This document shows, piece by piece, positions 29,537 through 38,579 of a stretch of DNA of 64,000 nucleotides (position 1 is its first letter; each line of letters opens with the position of its first letter). Source of the DNA: Candidatus Parvarchaeota archaeon. GTDB lineage: Archaea; Nanobdellota; Nanobdellia; WJKC01. The stretch spans positions 15,299 through 79,298 of the forward strand of contig JAFCFT010000002.1 of assembly GCA_017608505.1 (NCBI GenBank). The letters are read 5' to 3'. The translations under genes were made by a program, and so were the position numbers. A model generated the notes under the pieces. That model worked only from the letters and a program-made list of their open reading frames with translations. It made no database searches and was not told where the DNA came from.

Positions 29537-30843
29537 GCTACCACCTTCATTTTACCAGTAACACAATCATTAATTAAAACCCTCTTATATTCTTCTAACC
29601 TTTTGATTTCATCCTCAATGATATCTATAGCACTCTTTATTTTCTCAGTAAAAGAATCCAAAAAAGCAACAATAGCTTCTTGTTCTTCTTTGTCCGGTAA
29701 TGGAAAATAAAAATTAACAAACGTTTTTTGGTACAAATGAGAAATTGTTGAACCTGTCTTAATATATTCAATAAAATTATTAAAAAGTTCTGAATTAAGA
29801 ACCCAGAACATAAACTTTGGCACGTAAATATTATTTTCAGGTCTTATAACAAAAACACCACTATTAAGAGTGGCTTTTCCGTAAAAACCTTCAATAAATG
29901 CTACTTTTCCAATACTACCATCTTTTGTAACTAAAACATCTTCATTTTGAATTTGTATATATGGATCCTGTAAATATCTTTCTTCATCAACGTGATGACA
30001 GGTTTCCCAATTTATTTTACCATTTTCAAAATTGGTTCCAGTTATTAAATAAGGCCCTTCATCTCTATATTCCTTAGATGTTAATCCTTGCCAACCTATT
30101 CTTGATTTAACATAAGATGTTGTTTTTATTCTTTTAATTTTAAACCTTTTAGCAATATGATTTAGCCATTTTATTCCACTGTCTTTCATTTCAACATTAG
30201 GGTTTAATCCTTTAGTGACTGCTTGATTAATAACTATTTTCTCATACTCTTTCAGTAATTCAACTTGTTTACGCTTATTATTAATCACTTTATCTAACTT
30301 ACTGGTCTTATCATCCAAAAAAGAAGCAATAGCCTCTTGCTCGTCTTTTGGTGGGAAAGGTATTTTAAAATTCTTAACAATATTTTCATTAATATGTCCC
30401 TGGGCCCCTCCAATTGTTTTTTTTAAAAAATAATCTTTTGAATTTAGCAATATGTAAAATAAGAATCTTGGAATAAAAGAATTATTAGGATAAAGTGCTG
30501 TAACTGATTGGTTAGCTGCAGAATCAAATTTTAAATAAGCAACATTGGCTCTAGTGGCGCCAGTTAGAGCAATTAATACAGAATTCCTTGGAAATAATTT
30601 AGCTGAACTTTCACTTAAACCTAACTCAGTAATAAAAATATCTGCTTCATATAAATCACAATTTTGAATTTTACCTGATGGTAACCAAGGAATGTTTCCA
30701 CCCCAATATTCTGATTTGGCTGTTGATGGAGTCCCCCCACTCGAAGTATTTGCAAAATTTTTAATTTTTCTTAATCTCCAATGTTTTGGTAAAGACTCGA
30801 CATATTCATAATCCACACATTTATACTCCTGATAAGTTCTCAT
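29533..30843 (-). CDS. hsdS: Type I restriction enzyme specificity subunit
   Basis: Two TRDs with PP.DEQEAI..FLD repeats; MKDSGIKWL; VTGK end. Confidence 0.96.
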   Translation of the reverse strand: MRTYQEYKCVDYEYVESLPKHWRLRKIKNFANTSSGGTPSTAKSEYWGGNIPWLPSGKIQNCDLYEADIFITELGLSESSAKLFPRNSVLIALTGATRANVAYLKFDSAANQSVTALYPNNSFIPRFLFYILLNSKDYFLKKTIGGAQGHINENIVKNFKIPFPPKDEQEAIASFLDDKTSKLDKVINNKRKQVELLKEYEKIVINQAVTKGLNPNVEMKDSGIKWLNHIAKRFKIKRIKTTSYVKSRIGWQGLTSKEYRDEGPYLITGTNFENGKINWETCHHVDEERYLQDPYIQIQNEDVLVTKDGSIGKVAFIEGFYGKATLNSGVFVIRPENNIYVPKFMFWVLNSELFNNFIEYIKTGSTISHLYQKTFVNFYFPLPDKEEQEAIVAFLDSFTEKIKSAIDIIEDEIKRLEEYKRVLINDCVTGKMKVVA

Positions 30844-31805
30844 GTTTCTTCACTCCTTGTTAATTCGAAGTCAAATTCTTGTAATTTTAAAGCACATTCA
30901 ATAATATAATTGATACAAAAATCTAAATCTTCCTTATTAAAGGTTATTTCTGTTGATGGCATATGAAAAATTGGCTCAGGAGAACCAATAGCCCATACTG
31001 GTTTAGGGATAATTAATGAAAACTTAATGAATTTTCTATAATCTAAGCCAAAAGCAAGAATCTTAACGGCTTTTTGCATAGACTCAATAGATTCCTTTAC
31101 TTTATCAATAAACTCAGATAATCTATCAACATCAAATACTTGATTTTCATTGTTTAGATTAGGAATAAAATTATTTCTTATATTAAAACTATTCAACCAA
31201 GTCATATCTTTTCCAAAGAAAAAAGGTGACTCTCCAAACCTTGTTCTTTTTGATGACTCATAATCCTTTAATAAAAACTCAAAAGCCAAGGAAAGAGCTT
31301 TAATAGATTCATTCTTATTTGAAGAGAATTCACTTTTAGCTTTCTCTAAATAACTTCTAACTTTACTATTAAAAACCAAATTTATAAGAGAGATATCCTT
31401 AACATCAAGGTTATAAACATTTTTACATAATTCTTCAAAAATATTATTTGCAATAATTCTAGATTCTTGAACATCTGTTTTACTTGAAAATATTCCATGA
31501 TGCTTTAAATTAACTCTTTTTCTTTTTAATTTATCTAAACTTGGTCTTGAACTAATTTCAACTTTTGGAGGATTATCATTTATCCAATCATTTATTTTAT
31601 CAAAATATTGCATAAAACTAAGATTATTTGAGTTTATGTCCTTATCTTCTAAGACTAATAAAAATGCTAGTTCAAGAGCATCATGATAATGTAAAAGTGC
31701 CACTGAAGATAACGGTTCTGGTTTTTTGGATTCTTCATTTCCTTTTTCAATTAAGAATTTAGCAAAAGCCAATCTTTTAAGTATAATTTCTCGAGTTAAT
31801 GACAT
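30840..31805 (-). CDS. HEPN-domain protein inside the type I RM operon
   Basis: Helical N-terminus (ALLHYHDALE) with RVNLKH (Rx4H) motif. Confidence 0.6.
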   Translation of the reverse strand: MSLTREIILKRLAFAKFLIEKGNEESKKPEPLSSVALLHYHDALELAFLLVLEDKDINSNNLSFMQYFDKINDWINDNPPKVEISSRPSLDKLKRKRVNLKHHGIFSSKTDVQESRIIANNIFEELCKNVYNLDVKDISLINLVFNSKVRSYLEKAKSEFSSNKNESIKALSLAFEFLLKDYESSKRTRFGESPFFFGKDMTWLNSFNIRNNFIPNLNNENQVFDVDRLSEFIDKVKESIESMQKAVKILAFGLDYRKFIKFSLIIPKPVWAIGSPEPIFHMPSTEITFNKEDLDFCINYIIECALKLQEFDFELTRSEET

Positions 31806-31821
31806 TTTTAATCCTCCATAA

Positions 31822-33582
31822 TCATTTTATTAGCCCTAATTCTTTTAGCAGTTTTTTATTTTCTTCTTCTAAGTCTCTAAATTCTTTGATTACTTCTTCT
31901 TGCGACCTTAAAGGTTTATACTTATAAAAGTATTGAGTGAAATTAATCTCGTAACCAACAACCTGTTTCTTAATCTTATATGGTTTTTCAACTTCACGCT
32001 TTAAATATTCGTTAATATCTTCTTTTAGTGGGACATACTCAGCGTCATTAATCTTAACAATTTGAGTGACCTCCTTTCGTTCACCATTAACTTTTTTCAC
32101 AACAGTTTCTTTCTTAGGATTGCCGTTTTCATCAACATCAGTAAGTTCAAGAAATACCTTAGTATAACCAAAATCCTCATTATCAAAAATCTTGGAATTA
32201 TCAGACTCCTTAAATTCCTTATAAATCTCAAAAATCTTAACAATTTGGTCATCAGAGATATACTTACGCTTATTACCAAGACTCTTCTTCATAGGCTCAT
32301 AAAAATTAACAGCATTAATGAGTTGTACCTTACCCCTCCTTCTAGGTTCTTTCCTATTACGGATTATCCATCTGTACGTGGCTATACCTGTGTTATAAAA
32401 TAAATCAGTAGGTAAAGCAATAATTGCATCAATCAGATCATTCTCCAATAAATACTTCCTAAAATTACTTTCACCACTACCAGCATCCCCAGTGAATAAA
32501 GGACTGCCATTAAAAACAATAGCAATACCACTGTCCCCATCACTAGGATTCTTAAGTTTAGATAACATGTGCATTAAGAACAAAGTAGCCCCATCAGACA
32601 CGCGAGGAAGCATGTCCTTAGGGAAACGACCACTAGCATCATCAAGAATAGCTTTTTTATCCTTCTTCCAAGTAACACCGAAAGGAGGATTAGACAACAT
32701 GAAATCAAACTTAGCATTAGGAAACTTATCATTAGTTAATGTATTGCCAAATTTAATATTATCAGACTCTTCACCCTTAATTAACATATCAGAAGCGCCT
32801 ATCGCCCAAGTCTCAGGTTGCTTTTCCTGACCATAAACAATCACTTTAGCCTTAGGATTAACTTCTTTAAGAATAAATTCTTTAGCAATCACTAGCATAC
32901 CCCCAGTACCACATGCAGGGTCATAAATCTCTTTAATCTCACCATCCTTAATCTTAGAATCATTAATCAAAAGTTTAACCATTAATTTAATAACTTCACG
33001 AGGAGTAAAATGTTGTCCTGCTTCCTCACCAGTCTGCTCTGAAAAACGCCTAATTAACTCCTCAAAGATGTAACCCATCTTCTCGTTACTAATAACTTGG
33101 GGAGACAAGTTTAACTCAGAATACTGCTTTAATAATGGATACAACAATTTATCCTTCTCTAACTTATTTAACTCTTTGAAAAGACCAAAGTATTCAATAA
33201 TCATTTTAATATTATCTGTAAAACCATTCAAGTAACTCTTAAAATTCTCTTTAATCTCACTAGTTTTTTCAGCGCAAAGTTTTTCGAAAGTAAACTTAGA
33301 TTTATTATCAAATCCGAGAGAGGTAATTAATTTGTTATGAATAAACTTCCTCTTTTCCGCGTCATCCATTTTAATATTTTTAAGTTTTTTTTCAATTTCT
33401 TTCCTTTTTTCTTCTAAAACACACTCAATCCTTCTAAGAACAACAAAAGGCAATATAATGTCTTGATACTGATGTTGCTTATAAGTATCTCTTAATATTT
33501 CAGCAGATTGCCAGATAAAATTTACTTCAGCACTTATATTAATATGGTCTGCTTTCATATTATAAAACATAACATACACCAT
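31822..33582 (-). CDS. hsdM: Type I RM methyltransferase (start probably the ATG at 33558)
   Basis: AGQHFTPREV, YDPACGTGG, NPPFG, FYNTGI. Confidence 0.97.
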   Translation of the reverse strand: MVYVMFYNMKADHINISAEVNFIWQSAEILRDTYKQHQYQDIILPFVVLRRIECVLEEKRKEIEKKLKNIKMDDAEKRKFIHNKLITSLGFDNKSKFTFEKLCAEKTSEIKENFKSYLNGFTDNIKMIIEYFGLFKELNKLEKDKLLYPLLKQYSELNLSPQVISNEKMGYIFEELIRRFSEQTGEEAGQHFTPREVIKLMVKLLINDSKIKDGEIKEIYDPACGTGGMLVIAKEFILKEVNPKAKVIVYGQEKQPETWAIGASDMLIKGEESDNIKFGNTLTNDKFPNAKFDFMLSNPPFGVTWKKDKKAILDDASGRFPKDMLPRVSDGATLFLMHMLSKLKNPSDGDSGIAIVFNGSPLFTGDAGSGESNFRKYLLENDLIDAIIALPTDLFYNTGIATYRWIIRNRKEPRRRGKVQLINAVNFYEPMKKSLGNKRKYISDDQIVKIFEIYKEFKESDNSKIFDNEDFGYTKVFLELTDVDENGNPKKETVVKKVNGERKEVTQIVKINDAEYVPLKEDINEYLKREVEKPYKIKKQVVGYEINFTQYFYKYKPLRSQEEVIKEFRDLEEENKKLLKELGLIK

Positions 33583-33602
33583 TAATATTTATTTTTATAT
33601 AA

Positions 33603-33821
33603 TTAACCATAAATAGTCCATGCTTCCTTTTTGAAACTTTTTTCAAACTCTTTAGTTCGAATTTCTTCAAATAGCATGTAAGACTCTAAAAAGACTTTCA
33701 TACATTTCTCACAAACAGGTATTCTACCATTTTTATTTTTTTTGTTACCTAAGAACTTATCTGTTTTAGACTTACAAAAGTGGCAATTGTACTTCTTTAT
33801 TCTTAACAAGTTCTTAATCAT
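33603..33821 (-). CDS. Small C4 zinc-finger protein
   Basis: CHFC...VCEKC; SD GGAGGTGA upstream. Confidence 0.65.
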   Translation of the reverse strand: MIKNLLRIKKYNCHFCKSKTDKFLGNKKNKNGRIPVCEKCMKVFLESYMLFEEIRTKEFEKSFKKEAWTIYG

Positions 33822-33894
33822 TATATCACCTCCATTTTTCCTAAATAATAATGGACAATTAAAGTATTAAAATATTATATTAGAAATTACAAAA

Positions 33895-34602
33895 TTATTC
33901 TGTAATATTGAGTGCTACAAGTAATTTACCTGCTGGTTTTAAGATTACCCTGGTGTTCCTTCCTTCTCTTTCCATTTCAATTAAACCACGCCGCTTTAAA
34001 GATTTAAGACTAGCATTAATTTTTTGTGGTTTATGAATAAAAGGCAACTCACCATATCTATCCTTAAAATTTTCACAATATACCCTTCTAAAATAAGTAC
34101 AATTTTCTACTTCACCATTAAATGAATTAAGAATCTTAAGAATATTCCATTGTACATTAGTTAAATCTGTTGCTTTAGGAATTTTAAACATTGGCAATTC
34201 ATTTACCAAATCCTTAGTTTTAGCATCCTTTAATATACGTTTATCAAGAACATAATAACCTGTTGCATTAATTAAAATTATAGCAATACTAGCTGCGGCA
34301 GCCATAATATTGGTGCCCATGGTTATATTAAAATAAAAATTAATATTGGAATTGTTTTTTAATTCAATATCTGCAGTTTTTTTTACTTTTATAATTAAAT
34401 CAGTTAATTCAAATGGATTAATAGTAATTGTAGAAACAGAATCACAAATAGCTAATTTAATAATCTTTTCTGCTTCTTTAGAAACATTCTTAGTGCCTTC
34501 AGAATCAATAAGGTAAACTTTATCTATATCCTCGTAGTGCTTTAAACCAGTAATAATTGGTTCAATTCCGCTTTTTCCAACATTAATAAAATGGATATTC
34601 AT
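33895..34602 (-). CDS. CARF-like Rossmann domain + wHTH regulator (Csa3/DUF6293-like)
   Basis: DKVYLI, FNITMGTNIM, YYV linker, C-terminal wHTH (LKRRGLIEMEREGRNTRV). Confidence 0.75.
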   Translation of the reverse strand: MNIHFINVGKSGIEPIITGLKHYEDIDKVYLIDSEGTKNVSKEAEKIIKLAICDSVSTITINPFELTDLIIKVKKTADIELKNNSNINFYFNITMGTNIMAAAASIAIILINATGYYVLDKRILKDAKTKDLVNELPMFKIPKATDLTNVQWNILKILNSFNGEVENCTYFRRVYCENFKDRYGELPFIHKPQKINASLKSLKRRGLIEMEREGRNTRVILKPAGKLLVALNITE

Positions 34603-34647
34603 AATGTTAAAATTAAAAGTTGTAATATCTTAAAAAATATTGCTATA

Positions 34648-35334
34648 CTATAAATATTTAATCATTAAATCCAATAATTCATCGAAAGCGTATAAAGATA
34701 ACAAAAAAATATTAAAGATTACTAAAAACCCTCCAGGACTTTTTTTATTAGTTATAAGATCAGTACTTGAATATCGTTTTTTTATTGGATCGTGATGTTT
34801 ATCTCTTTCATCAGATAAAAAATCAAAAATAAAAAAAAATCTTGGATTTACTGCATCGTATTTTTTTAAAGTAGAAAATAAATTCTTATCCAATTTTACC
34901 CCACTCATTATTATTCCAGGATTCTGTAATCGCCCAACAGTCTCCTTATACATATCTTTGTATTTACAAAAAATAGTAAAATTCTTCGCATAAATAGACA
35001 TTCTGTCACCCTTTTCTTTAGGATCTATATCTATATTTAACTTGTTCAATATTACTTTGAAAACTCTTTTAAAAACAGCATCATTCAATGCACTGACAAT
35101 ATCAACAAAATAAGCAGAATTATCACTACTAATAATCCTTTTTATATCATTCTTTTGATCAATTAAATATTCTATCGCTGCTTCTAATTCTTTTTTTTGA
35201 ATAGAAGTTAACCAAGAAATTTTTTCAAGTTTTTTAATAATGTCCTCTTTAACAAAGTCAATATTATCCAATACACCTTTTATTGATTTTTTTATTTCTT
35301 TAAGACTACAGTCACGACTACTCATTAAAATCAC
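34648..35334 (-). CDS. Hypothetical protein coupled to the RM fusion gene
   Basis: 228-aa ORF overlapping the upstream stop; helical; RDKHH. Confidence 0.6.
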   Translation of the reverse strand: MILMSSRDCSLKEIKKSIKGVLDNIDFVKEDIIKKLEKISWLTSIQKKELEAAIEYLIDQKNDIKRIISSDNSAYFVDIVSALNDAVFKRVFKVILNKLNIDIDPKEKGDRMSIYAKNFTIFCKYKDMYKETVGRLQNPGIIMSGVKLDKNLFSTLKKYDAVNPRFFFIFDFLSDERDKHHDPIKKRYSSTDLITNKKSPGGFLVIFNIFLLSLYAFDELLDLMIKYL

Positions 35335-37397
35335 TTATATAAATTATCTAATTCTTTTTTTAGTAAAACTATTTGTGATTCTAACAAATCAATTTTATTT
35401 TGCAATTCTTTTGCCTTTAACATTTTTTCTTTTTGTTTATCAAAGCGTAGTAATGGAATCCTCAAATTTTTTAGTGTATCTATTGGTAAGTGCTTTATCA
35501 CTCCATAACTAAAATTCTCGATTTGTTTTTTAACATAATCGGTTTTTAATAATGAATGTAAATAATAAGGATTAATATCTTTTTTTGGTCTTAAAGCAAC
35601 AAGAGAACTCGAGTGAACTCCTCTATAATCTTCATTAAATATAGCGGTTTTACCTATAGTACCAGTAATTGAAAATAGTATGTCGCCTTTATTTAAATTA
35701 AATTTAAATTTTGAAGAATCGATATTGACTAAATCTTTATTAACAATCGTTCCTGCATATAAATTTAATATTCTAATATACTTTATTTTGCCCTTCCCAT
35801 AATCTTTTTTTGGAACGTGGATCCCAGGGTAGATTTCACATAATTCTTGCAATCTTACAATTTTAATATTATTCTTGCGATACGTTTCTTCAATTTTCTT
35901 TATATCATTCAAATAAGGACCAAATGACAATATATAATTATAACTTTTGATTTCGTTTATACATACTAATTTTCGTAACTTTCCTAAAATCAAAGGTTTA
36001 TCTTCTTCGAATTTTTTAATATACTCTACAATCCCTTCAAATTCCATTTTTAATTTTTCATTAGCAACATCTTTATTTGAGTAATCTTCTTTACAATCAA
36101 TCATCAAAATATCGTTTTTGGTCCTACAATTATCAATAATCATTATTGATGATTGAATATGCATTAATGGGGCCCAAATATTTATAGGCAAGTTTATAAT
36201 CGCTTTAATTGAGTATTCTTCTAATAAATATTTTCTGAAATGCTTATTTGTATTGTCAAATAAAAAACCATTGGGAACTATTACTATTAATCTACCTTTT
36301 GGATTTAATGATTTAAGTGCAACATAAATAAAAGCAGCTTCAACACTTTTAAATTTGGTTAAATCATTTAATTTATCCTTATTTGGCCTTAATCCAAATG
36401 GAGGATTCAAAAATATTACATCAAATTTTTCATGAATCTGGTCATTAAGAACATTTTTAATTTGTAACTCAACATCAATATTTAAGAGGTACTTTATTAA
36501 TTTTATAAAATAAATATTATTCGAATTTTTTTCAAAACCAGTTAATTTAAAATTGTTCAATAAAGCATTTTTTACTAAAACTTGACCTTTTTTGCAATTA
36601 AAATCTGCAAATGATCTAGAATCCTCTTTTATTAATCCCAAAATAAAGTCAACCAATATATTTGGAATATAAGATTCGTCAAATTTACTATTTATTAATT
36701 TGTAATCATATACTATATTTATTATTTTTTCCAATGTTTTTTTATCCAAACTAAGTATATTTAAACTTTTCATTAATAATTCCAAATCGTTTTCTTTGTT
36801 AGTAAAAAGTTTATTAATATTCAAATATTCGGGATCAATATTAAGTTCTCTTGATAACTTTTTTGATAACTCATTTATTTTATCTTTAAATTCATTTAAA
36901 TTTTTGTATTCAAATAAATTTTTAGACCTACCATATTTAATTAACGCCAATAATTTTATAATTATAACTGTACCATTTTCTCTATAATTCCTTAGGTAAT
37001 TAAATATTCTCCAAATTTTACTCGTAACATCAGTATCAAAAGACTCAAGTAATGGAATTTCAGGTACTTCACTAATTTTCTTATTTTTTTTCCTAAAATA
37101 GATAAAATTATCTCCGTTAGTTAATATTCCATAAGGAAAATTAGAATTTAACAACAATTCATTCAATTGAATTTTTGATAAACTACTATCAATCAACTTT
37201 TTAATTTCAATTAAAATATAAGGTTTTGAATCAACATAACAAACTAAATCAGCAATATATTTTACACCATTTTTAATAAAACAACAATTTTTCTCAAATA
37301 ACACATTAACGTCTTTATTAAATCCTGCTCTCAATTTTTCAATAACTTTATTAACAGTTTTTAATCTCCAATTTGGGCGATACTGATTTTCACTCAT
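35331..37397 (-). CDS. Fused restriction nuclease / N6-adenine MTase / TRD protein (type IIG-like)
   Basis: ADLV...IEIK..YGILTNG nuclease; NPPFG; LNPKGRL.VIVP; C-terminal HsdS-like TRD (GDILFSITGTIGK). Confidence 0.85.
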   Translation of the reverse strand: MSENQYRPNWRLKTVNKVIEKLRAGFNKDVNVLFEKNCCFIKNGVKYIADLVCYVDSKPYILIEIKKLIDSSLSKIQLNELLLNSNFPYGILTNGDNFIYFRKKNKKISEVPEIPLLESFDTDVTSKIWRIFNYLRNYRENGTVIIIKLLALIKYGRSKNLFEYKNLNEFKDKINELSKKLSRELNIDPEYLNINKLFTNKENDLELLMKSLNILSLDKKTLEKIINIVYDYKLINSKFDESYIPNILVDFILGLIKEDSRSFADFNCKKGQVLVKNALLNNFKLTGFEKNSNNIYFIKLIKYLLNIDVELQIKNVLNDQIHEKFDVIFLNPPFGLRPNKDKLNDLTKFKSVEAAFIYVALKSLNPKGRLIVIVPNGFLFDNTNKHFRKYLLEEYSIKAIINLPINIWAPLMHIQSSIMIIDNCRTKNDILMIDCKEDYSNKDVANEKLKMEFEGIVEYIKKFEEDKPLILGKLRKLVCINEIKSYNYILSFGPYLNDIKKIEETYRKNNIKIVRLQELCEIYPGIHVPKKDYGKGKIKYIRILNLYAGTIVNKDLVNIDSSKFKFNLNKGDILFSITGTIGKTAIFNEDYRGVHSSSLVALRPKKDINPYYLHSLLKTDYVKKQIENFSYGVIKHLPIDTLKNLRIPLLRFDKQKEKMLKAKELQNKIDLLESQIVLLKKELDNLYK

Positions 37398-37478
37398 AAT
37401 TAAACATTAGTTAGCAGTATTTATATAGTTTAATATTGAATTTACAATTTATTATTGTAATAAAAATATTTAAATAAT

Positions 37479-38051
37479 TTAAAATAATAGCTTACTCACT
37501 TTCCTCTTCACAGCAATCAACGAAGACTCGCATATCCCGAACTCCTTCGTCACTTTTGACATGCTTATTTTCTCTTTGTTCTTCTTGGCAGTGTCGTATA
37601 GGACCACTGCAGCTAAAACCATTGGGTCGTTGTTTAAGCCCATTTTTTCGATTAATTCGATTTTCCTAATTGCCTCGCTTATAGTTTTGCCACTCAAGCC
37701 CAGATTGTTGCTGTAGCGGGTTATCAAACCAGACATCTGCAGCGCCACAACACTAAGTCTTAAGCTCTTAGTGACTGTCTTGTAAGTCCTGAACAAAGAG
37801 TACTTGTCCGTGTCCAGGGCGCGCGCAATCTCCTTCATACTCACAGTATACCCGTCGCGCTTGCACACGTAATAAGTCAGTGCTCCTATTGCCCTGTCAG
37901 TGAATATTCCCTGGCTCTTGCCAAAATTAATTAGTTCCCAGTATAATCGCATAACTTCGCGCTTAACGCTCCTTGGCAGGCATAGTATGTTGTTCAGCAT
38001 GTCAAACTCCCTGCCAGCAGTAAGCACGCGGTTGATTTTTGGAGTGCCCAT
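37479..38051 (-). CDS. TFB (TFIIB) cyclin-core-only paralog 1
   Basis: Two cyclin repeats (L.LP...LY..GA.TY..CKR...KEIA; ITRY..LGLS..P..LAA..LY) plus C-terminal HTH; no Zn ribbon; TATA ~25 nt upstream of ATG 38051. Confidence 0.8.
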   Translation of the reverse strand: MGTPKINRVLTAGREFDMLNNILCLPRSVKREVMRLYWELINFGKSQGIFTDRAIGALTYYVCKRDGYTVSMKEIARALDTDKYSLFRTYKTVTKSLRLSVVALQMSGLITRYSNNLGLSGKTISEAIRKIELIEKMGLNNDPMVLAAVVLYDTAKKNKEKISMSKVTKEFGICESSLIAVKRKVSKLLF

Positions 38052-38234
38052 CGTAGAATTATTGTGAATAAGTAGTATATAAAGGAAAAACAACCGAAGT
38101 AGTTAAAAATTAACAATACAATATATTTTATAAAGATAGTACTGAAATCTAGTCTTTCAAAAATCTATAAGCCAAAATTTAAGTCTAGGTACGCTAAGGA
38201 GAAGTCCTCCAAATAGGTCGCTCAAGTTTCTAAA

Positions 38235-38579
38235 TTACTTTTTATGAATACTCCAACTGAATTTTAATAGGCCTAAATTAACCTCAAAACCAAATGTATG
38301 TTTAAATTTTGGTTGATTTTCTACGATGTTAATACCTTTAGGTAAAATTCGTGTCACAAAAAATATTTGAGCTCCATTTATATTACCTATTGCTCCATAA
38401 CTCTTAAGAATGCCTAAATCATTAAGATAATTATATGCTAAATTAATTCTCTTTCCATTCCATTTTGTTTCATTAATCACATCTCGTGTTCCAACACTAC
38501 TTTTGCCTTTATTCACTAACTCGTTATAAAAGAAAAGTAACAATTCACCCGCATCTTTTTGAACTCCCATTTTCATCAC
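38235..38579 (-). CDS. Winged-HTH protein
   Basis: RINLAYNYLNDLGIL..ILPKGI wHTH pattern. Confidence 0.6.
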   Translation of the reverse strand: MMKMGVQKDAGELLLFFYNELVNKGKSSVGTRDVINETKWNGKRINLAYNYLNDLGILKSYGAIGNINGAQIFFVTRILPKGINIVENQPKFKHTFGFEVNLGLLKFSWSIHKK

